From positions 1,753-65,752 of the forward strand of contig JACQCD010000121.1 in the NCBI GenBank assembly GCA_016201825.1: a stretch of 64,000 nucleotides of DNA, in the 5' to 3' direction. The notes beneath the pieces were generated by a model. The model had not been told where the DNA came from. It searched no databases and saw only the letters and a list, made by a program, of their open reading frames with translations. The DNA is from Nitrospirota bacterium. GTDB taxonomy: Bacteria > Nitrospirota > Nitrospiria > 2-01-FULL-66-17. A program made the translations under genes and the position numbers. Positions 52,417 through 61,156 of this stretch are shown here, one piece after another. The stretch's first letter is position 1. Each line of letters opens with the position of its first letter.

Positions 52417-54084
52417 GTGGCCTATCGCCTCATCAGACACGCCGACGGCCGGATCGAAACCACCGAGGTGGCGGGACCGGCGCTACGGATCGGCCGAGGC
52501 ACCAATGCCGACCTGCGGTTCGACGACACGGCGGTGGCGCTCGAACACGCCCGCATCGAACAGACCGACGGCGGGTTCCTGCTGACCGATCTGGGCGGCG
52601 TCACGGGCTGCTACGTCAACGGATCACGGGTCACGTCGACGCGCTTGGCCGGAGGGGACCGAATCGAGATCGGTCCGTTTCTGATCGACGTCACGCTGCC
52701 CCGAGGACCGGGCGAGTCGGTGGCGCTCGATGTCCGGCCGGTGGCCGGGGCGAGGGCGGCGCGCGGGGCGATCGATGCCAAGCCGATCGATTATGCCAAG
52801 GCCTACGCGCTCAACCGATGGTTTGCGAACAAGCCCCTCTTGACGCTGGTCGCGACGGCGGGGCTCGGCGCGTTGTTGAGCGGGATTCTGTGGGCGGGGA
52901 AGACCGAACTGTTCCGACCGGGCTCGGTCACGGTCGCCCATGCGCTTTTCACCAATCAGTGCGAGCGCTGCCACACGGCGTGGACCGGCGTCTCCGAGAA
53001 GGCGTGCCGGGGCTGCCACGTCCCGGCGGTCCACCACGACGACCAGGCCGATGCCCCGTCGTGTCTGGCCTGCCACGCCGAGCATCGCGGCCAAGCGGCG
53101 CTGGCCGGCGTGGCGACGCGAGACTGCGTCGCCTGCCACCGCCAGCTCCAGACCAAGGATCATTCGCCGCTTTCGTTCGCGGATCGGACCACCGACTTCG
53201 CGACCGATCATCCCGAGTTCGCGATCACCCGGGTCGTCAATGGGAAGAAGGAGCGCGTGCGATTGGACGTGCCCGGCGCGCGTCGCGCCGACGCCGCTTC
53301 GATCAAGCTCAATCACAAGGTCCATCTCAAGCCGGCTCTCAAAGGGCCCAAGGGCCCCGTCCAACTCGCGTGCCGCGACTGCCATCTTCCGGCCGAGGAC
53401 GGCGCGCGCATGGCGCCGGTGACGTACCAGGAGCGGTGCAAGGGATGCCATGAGCTGGGGTTCGACCCCCGCTTTCCAGACCGCGTCGTCCCGCACGTGC
53501 CCCCGGCCGACGTGCGCGCGTACCTCGTGGCGGAGTATACCGAGAACGCGGGCGCTTTAGTGTCGAAAGGCGGGGGGGCGGATCGGCTCGCGGGGCCGCG
53601 GTTTCCGGGGCCCGCGCGCTCGCCGTCGCTGGAGTGGGTGATGGAGCAGGTCGCCGTCGACGAGCGCCACCTGTACACCTCCGCGTGCCCCGAGTGCCAT
53701 GCGGTGCGCGCGGACGCGCGGCCGGTTCCCGAGATTGAGCCGACGCGGGTCCCCTCGTCGTGGCTGTCGCACGCGCGGTTCGCGCACCGCTCGCACGCCC
53801 AGTTGGAGTGCGGCGCCTGCCACGAAAACGTGGAGAAGAGCGCCGACACGAGCGACGTCCTGCTCCCGGGGATCGAGATCTGCCGCCGGTGCCACCGCGC
53901 GGCCGATCCGACGCCGAGGCTGCAGGCAGATCGGGCGAGCATCGACTGCGTCGCGTGTCATCGCTACCACGACGGGCCGGCCAAACCGGGGCCTGAGGGC
54001 TCGTTCACCATCCGGCGTTTGCTGGACGGAGTGGACCCCGGACGACGGGAACCGCGTCCCATGTCCGAAGGGCCTCAGACATGA
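52417..54084 (+). CDS. FHA domain - TM helix - decaheme c-type cytochrome
   Basis: GTG at 52417. FHA-like LRIGRGTNADLRFDD…HARIE…FLLTDLGG…YVNGSRV…GDRIEIG. TM LLTLVATAGLGALLSGILWAG. Ten CXXCH motifs (CERCH, CRGCH, CLACH, CVACH, CRDCH, CKGCH, CPECH, CGACH, CRRCH, CVACH). Confidence 0.82.
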   Translation: MAYRLIRHADGRIETTEVAGPALRIGRGTNADLRFDDTAVALEHARIEQTDGGFLLTDLGGVTGCYVNGSRVTSTRLAGGDRIEIGPFLIDVTLPRGPGESVALDVRPVAGARAARGAIDAKPIDYAKAYALNRWFANKPLLTLVATAGLGALLSGILWAGKTELFRPGSVTVAHALFTNQCERCHTAWTGVSEKACRGCHVPAVHHDDQADAPSCLACHAEHRGQAALAGVATRDCVACHRQLQTKDHSPLSFADRTTDFATDHPEFAITRVVNGKKERVRLDVPGARRADAASIKLNHKVHLKPALKGPKGPVQLACRDCHLPAEDGARMAPVTYQERCKGCHELGFDPRFPDRVVPHVPPADVRAYLVAEYTENAGALVSKGGGADRLAGPRFPGPARSPSLEWVMEQVAVDERHLYTSACPECHAVRADARPVPEIEPTRVPSSWLSHARFAHRSHAQLECGACHENVEKSADTSDVLLPGIEICRRCHRAADPTPRLQADRASIDCVACHRYHDGPAKPGPEGSFTIRRLLDGVDPGRREPRPMSEGPQT

Positions 54085-55619
54085 AACACTCGCCGCGAAC
54101 GTCAACCGGGAACGTGTCCGCTCTCGCGCGGATGGGGTTGCTTGCGGCGCTGGCGTTCGTCGCCGGCTGCGGCGGCGGGACGAGTGTTGATCAGAGCCTG
54201 ATCTGCGACGGGTCCGGCGCGCCGCTGTCGGCCGCCGAGGTCTCGGGCATCGTGACAAACGCCGCCTCGGCAATCGACGCGCCCGCCATGACGGTCGCCG
54301 TCGTGGACCGGAACGGGAACGTCCTCGCCGTGTATCGGCAGCCGGGCGCTTCGGCCGCGAACGACGACCTGGCCGTGTCGCTCGCGCGCACCGCCGCGTT
54401 CTTCAGCAACAACCAGGCGCCGCTCTCCTCCCGCACCGTGCGATTCATCAGCGGGATCCACTTCCCGCCGGGGATCAGCTTCACCCCTCCCGCCGCGCTG
54501 TACGGGATCGAGAATACCAATCGCGGCTGCGAACTGAACGTCACGTTCAACCCCGGCAAGGCGGTGCCGCCGGCCAAGTCGGTGGCCGGCGGGTCCTGCA
54601 ACAGCACCGACCGCAGCGGGTGCGGACGGGGGATCACGACGGGCAAGGCCGATCTCGCCGACAGCGACCCCGCGGCGGTGAACCCCGGCGGCGTGCCGCT
54701 GTTCCGCGGGTGCACGGTGGTGGGCGGCGTCGGCGTGGCCGGCGCGCCCGGCGCCCACGCCGAGTTCGCCGCGCTCGCGGGGGCCTCGGCGTTCCCGCCG
54801 AGTATCGCGCCACCCGGCATCGTGGTGATCGACGGCGTGCGCCTGCCGTTTGTCGAGCAGACCACCCAGCCGTCGGGCACGACCGCCGGGAGCGCGGCGG
54901 GCGCGTTCGTCGTCGGGCCGGTGGCCGGCGCCGGCGTCCCGGAGGGGTATCTGGCGGGGCCCGTCGCGGGGTCGCGGTTGTCGGCGGCCGAGGTGGATCG
55001 GATCGTCCAACAATCGGTCCAGACCGCCGACCGCACGCGGGCTGCAATCCGCCTCCCGATCGGCCTGCGCACGCGGATGGCGATCGCCGTCGGCGACGTG
55101 GACGGAACGATCCTCGCGCTGTACCGGATGCCAGACAGCACGGTGTTTTCCATCGATGTGGCCGTGGCCAAGGCGCGTAACGTCGTCTACTTCAGCGGGC
55201 CCGATCCCAATGCGGCGGCCGACCTCCCGGGCGTGCCCGCGGGCACGGCCGTCACCAACCGGACGATCAGCTTTGGCAGCCAACCCTTGTTCCCTCCGGG
55301 TATCGACGGCGGCAGCGGTGTCGGCCCGTTCTTCAGTCTGTTTCAGAACGATACGGCTGCGGCGTGCTCGCAGGGGAGCCAGGCGGTGAACGCCAACCAG
55401 AGCGGGATCGTCTTCTTCCCCGGGAGCCTGCCGCTGTACGCGAACGGCATCCTCGCCGGCGGCTTGGGGATCAGCGGCGACGGCGTGGAGCAGGACGACT
55501 ACGTGTCCGCGGGGGGCGCGACGGGCTTCGAATCCCCGGAAGGCATTCGAGCCGACGGCGTCTCGATCCGGGGCGTGCGCCTGCCGTTTCTGAAGTTCCC
55601 TCGGAACCCGGAGGGGTGA
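54081..55619 (+). CDS. lipoprotein with two GlcG/HbpS-like (DUF336, heme-binding/'heme-degrading') domains
   Basis: Lipobox LAFVAGC. Both halves show LSAAEV…(I/A)VAVVD/AIAVGDVDG…LAVYR/LALYRM…A(R/K)(T/A)…FFS/YFS and GG(V/L)PL(F/Y)…GG(V/L)G(V/I)(A/S)G. The ATG overlaps the previous stop. Confidence 0.7.
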   Translation: MKHSPRTSTGNVSALARMGLLAALAFVAGCGGGTSVDQSLICDGSGAPLSAAEVSGIVTNAASAIDAPAMTVAVVDRNGNVLAVYRQPGASAANDDLAVSLARTAAFFSNNQAPLSSRTVRFISGIHFPPGISFTPPAALYGIENTNRGCELNVTFNPGKAVPPAKSVAGGSCNSTDRSGCGRGITTGKADLADSDPAAVNPGGVPLFRGCTVVGGVGVAGAPGAHAEFAALAGASAFPPSIAPPGIVVIDGVRLPFVEQTTQPSGTTAGSAAGAFVVGPVAGAGVPEGYLAGPVAGSRLSAAEVDRIVQQSVQTADRTRAAIRLPIGLRTRMAIAVGDVDGTILALYRMPDSTVFSIDVAVAKARNVVYFSGPDPNAAADLPGVPAGTAVTNRTISFGSQPLFPPGIDGGSGVGPFFSLFQNDTAAACSQGSQAVNANQSGIVFFPGSLPLYANGILAGGLGISGDGVEQDDYVSAGGATGFESPEGIRADGVSIRGVRLPFLKFPRNPEG

Positions 55620-57367
55620 TGCGCGCGACGCGTCGGTGGTCCGGGGTCTTGATGGTTGGCGCATTCGTGGGACTCCTCGGCCTCGTCCCGGGGCCCGACT
55701 CAGCGGGGGCCGCCGAGGGCGACGAGGGAGAAGAGCGGCTGCCGCGACGGCCGCTCGCGCCCGTCACCGAGCCGCGCGAGCCCCTGCTCCCGCAAGAGAT
55801 GCCGGACGGCCGAGGCTTCGTGCCGCTTCCCGACCGGTGGACGATCGCGCCGCCGCCGTACGAGCTGAACGTGAAGGGGCATTGGTGGGATCCGTACAAC
55901 CAGAACCTTCTCAAGGGCGATCGGCCGATGTGGGGTCAGGACACGTTCCTCAACCTGACGCTGGCGTCGGAGACCCTCGCGGAGTACCGCGCCGTGCCGA
56001 CGCCCGGCGGCGTGAGCGCCGAGCGCGCGGGGAGCGCGGCGTTGTTTGGCGCGCGCGAGCAGGGGGCGTTCAGTCAGAACCTGATCGTGTCGGCCGACCT
56101 GTTCAAGGGCGACACGGCGTTTCGGCCGTTCGACTGGCGGGTCAAGGGCACCGTGATCGCCAACCTGAATTTCTTCGACGTCCGGGAACGGGGGATCGTC
56201 AACGTCGACGTGCGCGAGGGCGTGAACCGCCGGGATGGATTCTTTGCGCTGCAAGAGTTCTTTGTCGAGGCCAAGTACAAGGACCGCAGCCCCAACTACG
56301 ATTTCGTGTCGGTCCGGGCCGGCCTCCAGCCGTTTTCGAGCGACTTCCGGGGTTTCGTGTTCACGGACACGAACCTGGGCGTGCGCCTCTTCGGCAACGC
56401 CGAGTCCAACCGCGACCAGTATAACCTCGCGTTCTTCGACCAGCGAGAGAAAGAGACTAATAGCGGCTTGAACCGCTTCGAGCGTCGCGGCCAAGAGGTG
56501 TTCGTGGGCAACGTCTACCGCCAGGACTTCCTGGTGCCGGGCTATACCGCGCAGGTGAGCGCGCACTACCTGCTCGACGAGGAGAGCCTGCACTTCGACG
56601 AGAACGGCTTTCTGGCCCGGCCGGACGCCGTCGGTGTGTTCAAACCCCACGAGATCCGGGCCGCGTACTACGGGTGGGCGGGATCAGGGCACGCGGGGCG
56701 CGTCAACGTCGAGCACGCCGCGTACTACGTCGTGGGCGAGGACCGGCGCAACCCGATCGCCGGGCGCGAGGTCGATATCCGAGCCGGGATGGCGGCGCTG
56801 GAAGTGTCGTACGATCACGACTGGTTCCGGCCCAAGGTCTCATACTTCTACGCCTCCGGCGACGGCAACCCGACCGACGATACCGCTCGGGGGTTCGACG
56901 CGATCTTCGACAACCCGGCGTTCGCGGGCGGACCGTTCAGCTTTTGGAACCGACTTGGCCTCCGCCTGGCGGGCACCGGCGTGGCGCTGGTCAACCGCGG
57001 GAGCGTGCTGCCCGACCTTCGCAGCAGCAAGGAGGAAGGGCAGCCCAACTTCGTCAACCCCGGCATTCATCTCGTCAGCGCGGGTGTCGATGTGGATGTC
57101 ACGCCGAAACTCAAAGGCGTCCTCAACGCCAACTACCTGCGGTTCGACCAGACCGAGGCGCTCGAGTTCCTGCTCTTTCAGGCACCGATCCACAAGGACA
57201 TCGGGTGGGACCTCGGCGCCGGCTTGCGGTATCGGCCGTTGTTGAGCAATAACATCGTGATCCTCGCCGGCGTCGCGGCGTTCATTCCCGGCGAAGGATT
57301 CAAGGACATCTACGAATCGGGCCGCGTGTTGCAGATGGCGTTCACCACGGCGACGCTGGTGTTCTAG
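55619..57367 (+). CDS. outer-membrane beta-barrel (porin-like) protein
   Basis: Signal peptide GVLMVGAFVGLLGLVPGPDSAGA. Alternating beta-strand pattern with many aromatic girdle residues. The C-terminus …TTATLVF ends in Phe. The ATG overlaps the previous stop (TGATG). Confidence 0.72.
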   Translation: MRATRRWSGVLMVGAFVGLLGLVPGPDSAGAAEGDEGEERLPRRPLAPVTEPREPLLPQEMPDGRGFVPLPDRWTIAPPPYELNVKGHWWDPYNQNLLKGDRPMWGQDTFLNLTLASETLAEYRAVPTPGGVSAERAGSAALFGAREQGAFSQNLIVSADLFKGDTAFRPFDWRVKGTVIANLNFFDVRERGIVNVDVREGVNRRDGFFALQEFFVEAKYKDRSPNYDFVSVRAGLQPFSSDFRGFVFTDTNLGVRLFGNAESNRDQYNLAFFDQREKETNSGLNRFERRGQEVFVGNVYRQDFLVPGYTAQVSAHYLLDEESLHFDENGFLARPDAVGVFKPHEIRAAYYGWAGSGHAGRVNVEHAAYYVVGEDRRNPIAGREVDIRAGMAALEVSYDHDWFRPKVSYFYASGDGNPTDDTARGFDAIFDNPAFAGGPFSFWNRLGLRLAGTGVALVNRGSVLPDLRSSKEEGQPNFVNPGIHLVSAGVDVDVTPKLKGVLNANYLRFDQTEALEFLLFQAPIHKDIGWDLGAGLRYRPLLSNNIVILAGVAAFIPGEGFKDIYESGRVLQMAFTTATLVF

Positions 57368-57388
57368 CGCGCAGCCTCGGAGGATCGG

Positions 57389-60300
57389 ATGCGTGACGGT
57401 GACATGAAGACGCGATCGTGGCGGCCGACCTTGACGATCGTCCTGGTCCTCGCCCTGACCGCGGTGGGAGCGTCCCGTTTGTTCTCCGGGGAGCCCTCGA
57501 AAGACCTTCCCGACCTTCACCGGCAACCGGAGACGCTGGCCGACGAGAAGAGCGAGGGGTGTCGGGGATGCCACGAGGGGATCGAGCCGATGCACGCGTC
57601 CCCCGCCGTGAAGCTCGCCTGCGTCGACTGCCACGGCGGAAACGGCGACGCCAAGATCGCGACCGGCGTGGAGCGCGGCTCCGACGAGTACGAGGGCGTC
57701 AAGCGGCAGGCGCACGTTGCGCCCCGGTTCCCCGCGCGGTGGGCGGGGCCTGACGGGCGCTACCGCGCGGCCAACCCCGAGGGCAGCTACACGCTGCTGT
57801 TGGACGAGTCGCCCGAATTCGTGCGCTTCGTCAACCCGGGGGATCTTCGTGTGGCCGTGGAGACGTGTGGGCGCTGTCACGACGACGAGGTCGCGGCCGT
57901 CCGGCGGAGCACGATGACGACGTCGGCGATCTTCTGGGGCGCCGCGGGATACGCGAACGGGATCGTGTCGCCCAAGCGCTCGATCTTCGGCGAGGGCTAC
58001 GGTCGCGACGGCACGCCGCAACTGATCCGTCCCGCCGCGCCGCCCACCGCGGAGGAGAAGCGCAAGGGCGCGTTGCCGTTCCTGGTGCCGCTGCCTCGCT
58101 GGGAGATCATCCAGCCCGGCGATAACTTCCGGGCCTTCGAGGACGGCGGTCTGCTGCAACCGTCGGCCTTCCCCGAGATCGGCAATCCCAACCCACTCGA
58201 CGAACCCGGCAAGCCCGACATCCGCTTGAGCAGTCGCGGCCTCGGCACAGGCCTGCGGGTGAGCATCCCGGTCCTCAACATCCACAAGACGCGGCTGAAC
58301 GACCCGCACCTCTCGTTCCTCGGGACCAACGACCACCCGGGGGACTACCGCTCCAGCGGCTGTACCGCGTGCCACGTCGTCTACGCCAACGACCGCGACC
58401 CTGCGCACTCGGGGCCCTATGCCGAGTTCGGCCACCTGGGCCGCAGCGCGACCGACGACCCCACGATCTCCAAGAACGAATCGGGCCACCCCATCCGCCA
58501 CCGACTCACCCGCGCCGTGCCGTCCAGCCAGTGCATGACCTGCCACATGCACCAGCCGAACTCGTTTATCAATACGTATTACGGGTATAACCTGTGGGAC
58601 TACGAGACCGACGGCGGGTTCCTGTGGCCCGCGAAGCAGCAGTACCCCACCGAAGCCGATCGGCGCCTGATCCTCGACTCCAACCCCGACGGCGCGTCGG
58701 TGCGCGGGCTCTGGTCGGACCCCGCCTTCCTCGCGCGGGTGAGCGAGCTCAATCCCAAGCTGCAGCAGACCCAGTTCGCGGACTACCACGGACACGGCTG
58801 GATCTTCCGCGCCGTGTACAAGCGAGACCGCAAGGGCAATTTGTTGGACGCGGAGGACAAGCCGGTCGCGTTCGAGGACCCCAAGCGCTTCGAGAAGGCG
58901 GTTCACCTCGCGGACATTCATATGGAGAAGGGCATGCACTGCGTGGACTGCCACTTCACGGTGGACAGCCACGGCAACGGTACGCTCTACGGCGAGTACG
59001 GTCACGCCATCGAGATCGCCTGTGAGGATTGTCATGGCACGACCAGGGTGCGGGCCACGCTCCGGACGTCGGGCCCAGCGTCGCCCGCGGGCGGCACCGA
59101 TCTGCTCATCAAGACCACGCCGTTCGGCCGCCCGCAGTTCGCGTGGCGCGAGGGCAAGCTGTTCCAGCGCTCGATGCTGAAGCGGGATCTGGAGTGGGAG
59201 GTTGTCCAGGTGCTCGACTCGATCACGCCGGGCAACGCCCACTACAGCGAGAAGTCCCGCCTGGCGAAGACGATCCAGCGGGACGGAAAAACGTGGGGCC
59301 GCGGCGACGTCGACGACGCGTCGCTCGCCCACTCCAACCAGAAGATGACGTGCTACGCGTGTCATTCGTCGTGGATGACGTCATGTTTTGGCTGCCACCT
59401 GCCGCAGCAGGCGAACCAAAAATCCGACAAGCACCACTTCGAGAGCGGCACGACCCGGCAGTACAGCTCGTACGACATGCAGGTGGTGCGGGACGACGTC
59501 TTCATGCTCGGGATCAACGGGACGGTGGAAGGGCACAAGGTCGCGCCCGTCCGGTCGTCCAGCGCCGTGATGCTCAGCTCGACCAACCTGAACCGGCAGC
59601 GGTTCTACATCCAGCAGCCCACGATCTCCGCTCCGGGATTCAACGGCCAGGCGTTCAACCCCCACGTGCCGCACACCGTGCGCGCGCGCGAAACCAAAGG
59701 GTGCGCCGACTGCCACGTCTCCGCGCAGAACGACAACAATGCGTGGATGGCGCAACTCCTCCTGCTGGGGACCAAGTTCGTCAACTTCATGGGCCGCTTC
59801 GCGTGGGTCGCGGAAGGGGAGGCGGGCCTCGAAGCCGTCGGGGTCACCGAGTGGGAGGAGCCGCAGGCCGTGCTCGGGAGTTTTCTGCACCGCCTGGCCT
59901 ACCCTGACGCGTGGGCCGACCACCAAAAGCGCCGCCTCGAATTATCCGAAGCCCACCACCACGAGGGGGGCGGGGAGGCTCGGAGCCTGGTCAAGCGCGG
60001 GGAGTACCTCTATGCTGCGCTCGGACCCAAGGGCTTCGAGGTCTTCGACGTCGCGAACGTGGACAACAAGGACGCCTCCGAACGGATCGTGACGGCTCCG
60101 GTGTCGCCGCTCGGCCAGCGCACGTACGTCCGCACCTCGTATGCGACGGCCGTGGCGCTGCCGACGAACATGCCGATCGCGCCCTACCGAAAAGGGCTCC
60201 CGGAGAACGAGGAACAGGCGTGGCACCCGCTCTACCACTACGCCTACGTGACCGATCGCGACGAGGGGCTGATCGTCGTCAACGTGGACACGTTGGCCGA

Positions 60301-61156
60301 CCGGGACCCCACGAACAACTTCCTCGAGCGCGCCGCCACGTTCAACCCCGACGGTGAACTGAACGGCGCCCGCAACCTGGCGATCGCGGGGCGGTACGTG
60401 TACGTGGCCTGCGAGCGGGGCTTGGCCGTGGTGGACATCGATGATCCGCTGCACCCGCGCATCGCCGCGCGGCTGCACGACGTCGCTCGGCCCACGTCGG
60501 TGGCGATCCAGTTCCGGTACGCGTTCATGACCGACGCCGAGGGACTCACGGTGGCGGACGTCACCGACCCCCGCGCGCCGCGGGTGGTCGCGCGCCTGCC
60601 GATCGCCGAGGCCAAGAGCGTCTACGTGTCGCGCACCTACGCCTACGTGGCGGCCGGCCGGACGGGCCTGGTGATCGTCGACGTCGAGCGGCCCGATCGG
60701 CCGCGGATCGACCAGGTCTACACGGCCGACGGGCGGATCGCCGACGCGCGCGACGTGAAGGTCGCCTCGACGAACGCGAGCCTGTTCGCGTACGTCGCCG
60801 ACGGTGCGGGTGGACTCAAGGTCATCCAGCTCACGTCGCCCGAGACCATGCCGGGGTATCTCGGGTTCAGCCCGCGGCCGGAGCCGCGGTTGATCGCCAC
60901 GCGCCGCACGCACGGCCCGGCGCTCGCCGTGGCCGAAGGGCTGGACCGCGACCGCGCCGTGGACGAGAGCGGCCATCAAATCGCCGTGTTCAACCGGATC
61001 GGGGCGCGGCCGTTCCGGTCGGACGAGATGCAGCGCTTGTATCTGAAGGATGGCCGTCTGTACCAGGTCGAGAATACGCCGCCCGCGGCGCCCCAGGAAC
61101 CGCCGAAGGCGGACCGCAAGGGGCGGGCGGGATTGCCAACAAGGGGCGAACGATGA
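57389..61156 (+). CDS. 1255-aa secreted decaheme c-type cytochrome fused to a C-terminal LVIVD-repeat beta-propeller
   Basis: RBS GGAGGA. Signal TLTIVLVLALTAVGA. Ten CXXCH motifs between nt ~57560 and ~59716. Six LVIVD-like repeats at nt ~60000-60845 (GFEVFDVA, GLIVVNVD, GLAVVDID, GLTVADVT, GLVIVDVE, GLKVIQLT). Confidence 0.82.
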   Translation: MRDGDMKTRSWRPTLTIVLVLALTAVGASRLFSGEPSKDLPDLHRQPETLADEKSEGCRGCHEGIEPMHASPAVKLACVDCHGGNGDAKIATGVERGSDEYEGVKRQAHVAPRFPARWAGPDGRYRAANPEGSYTLLLDESPEFVRFVNPGDLRVAVETCGRCHDDEVAAVRRSTMTTSAIFWGAAGYANGIVSPKRSIFGEGYGRDGTPQLIRPAAPPTAEEKRKGALPFLVPLPRWEIIQPGDNFRAFEDGGLLQPSAFPEIGNPNPLDEPGKPDIRLSSRGLGTGLRVSIPVLNIHKTRLNDPHLSFLGTNDHPGDYRSSGCTACHVVYANDRDPAHSGPYAEFGHLGRSATDDPTISKNESGHPIRHRLTRAVPSSQCMTCHMHQPNSFINTYYGYNLWDYETDGGFLWPAKQQYPTEADRRLILDSNPDGASVRGLWSDPAFLARVSELNPKLQQTQFADYHGHGWIFRAVYKRDRKGNLLDAEDKPVAFEDPKRFEKAVHLADIHMEKGMHCVDCHFTVDSHGNGTLYGEYGHAIEIACEDCHGTTRVRATLRTSGPASPAGGTDLLIKTTPFGRPQFAWREGKLFQRSMLKRDLEWEVVQVLDSITPGNAHYSEKSRLAKTIQRDGKTWGRGDVDDASLAHSNQKMTCYACHSSWMTSCFGCHLPQQANQKSDKHHFESGTTRQYSSYDMQVVRDDVFMLGINGTVEGHKVAPVRSSSAVMLSSTNLNRQRFYIQQPTISAPGFNGQAFNPHVPHTVRARETKGCADCHVSAQNDNNAWMAQLLLLGTKFVNFMGRFAWVAEGEAGLEAVGVTEWEEPQAVLGSFLHRLAYPDAWADHQKRRLELSEAHHHEGGGEARSLVKRGEYLYAALGPKGFEVFDVANVDNKDASERIVTAPVSPLGQRTYVRTSYATAVALPTNMPIAPYRKGLPENEEQAWHPLYHYAYVTDRDEGLIVVNVDTLADRDPTNNFLERAATFNPDGELNGARNLAIAGRYVYVACERGLAVVDIDDPLHPRIAARLHDVARPTSVAIQFRYAFMTDAEGLTVADVTDPRAPRVVARLPIAEAKSVYVSRTYAYVAAGRTGLVIVDVERPDRPRIDQVYTADGRIADARDVKVASTNASLFAYVADGAGGLKVIQLTSPETMPGYLGFSPRPEPRLIATRRTHGPALAVAEGLDRDRAVDESGHQIAVFNRIGARPFRSDEMQRLYLKDGRLYQVENTPPAAPQEPPKADRKGRAGLPTRGER

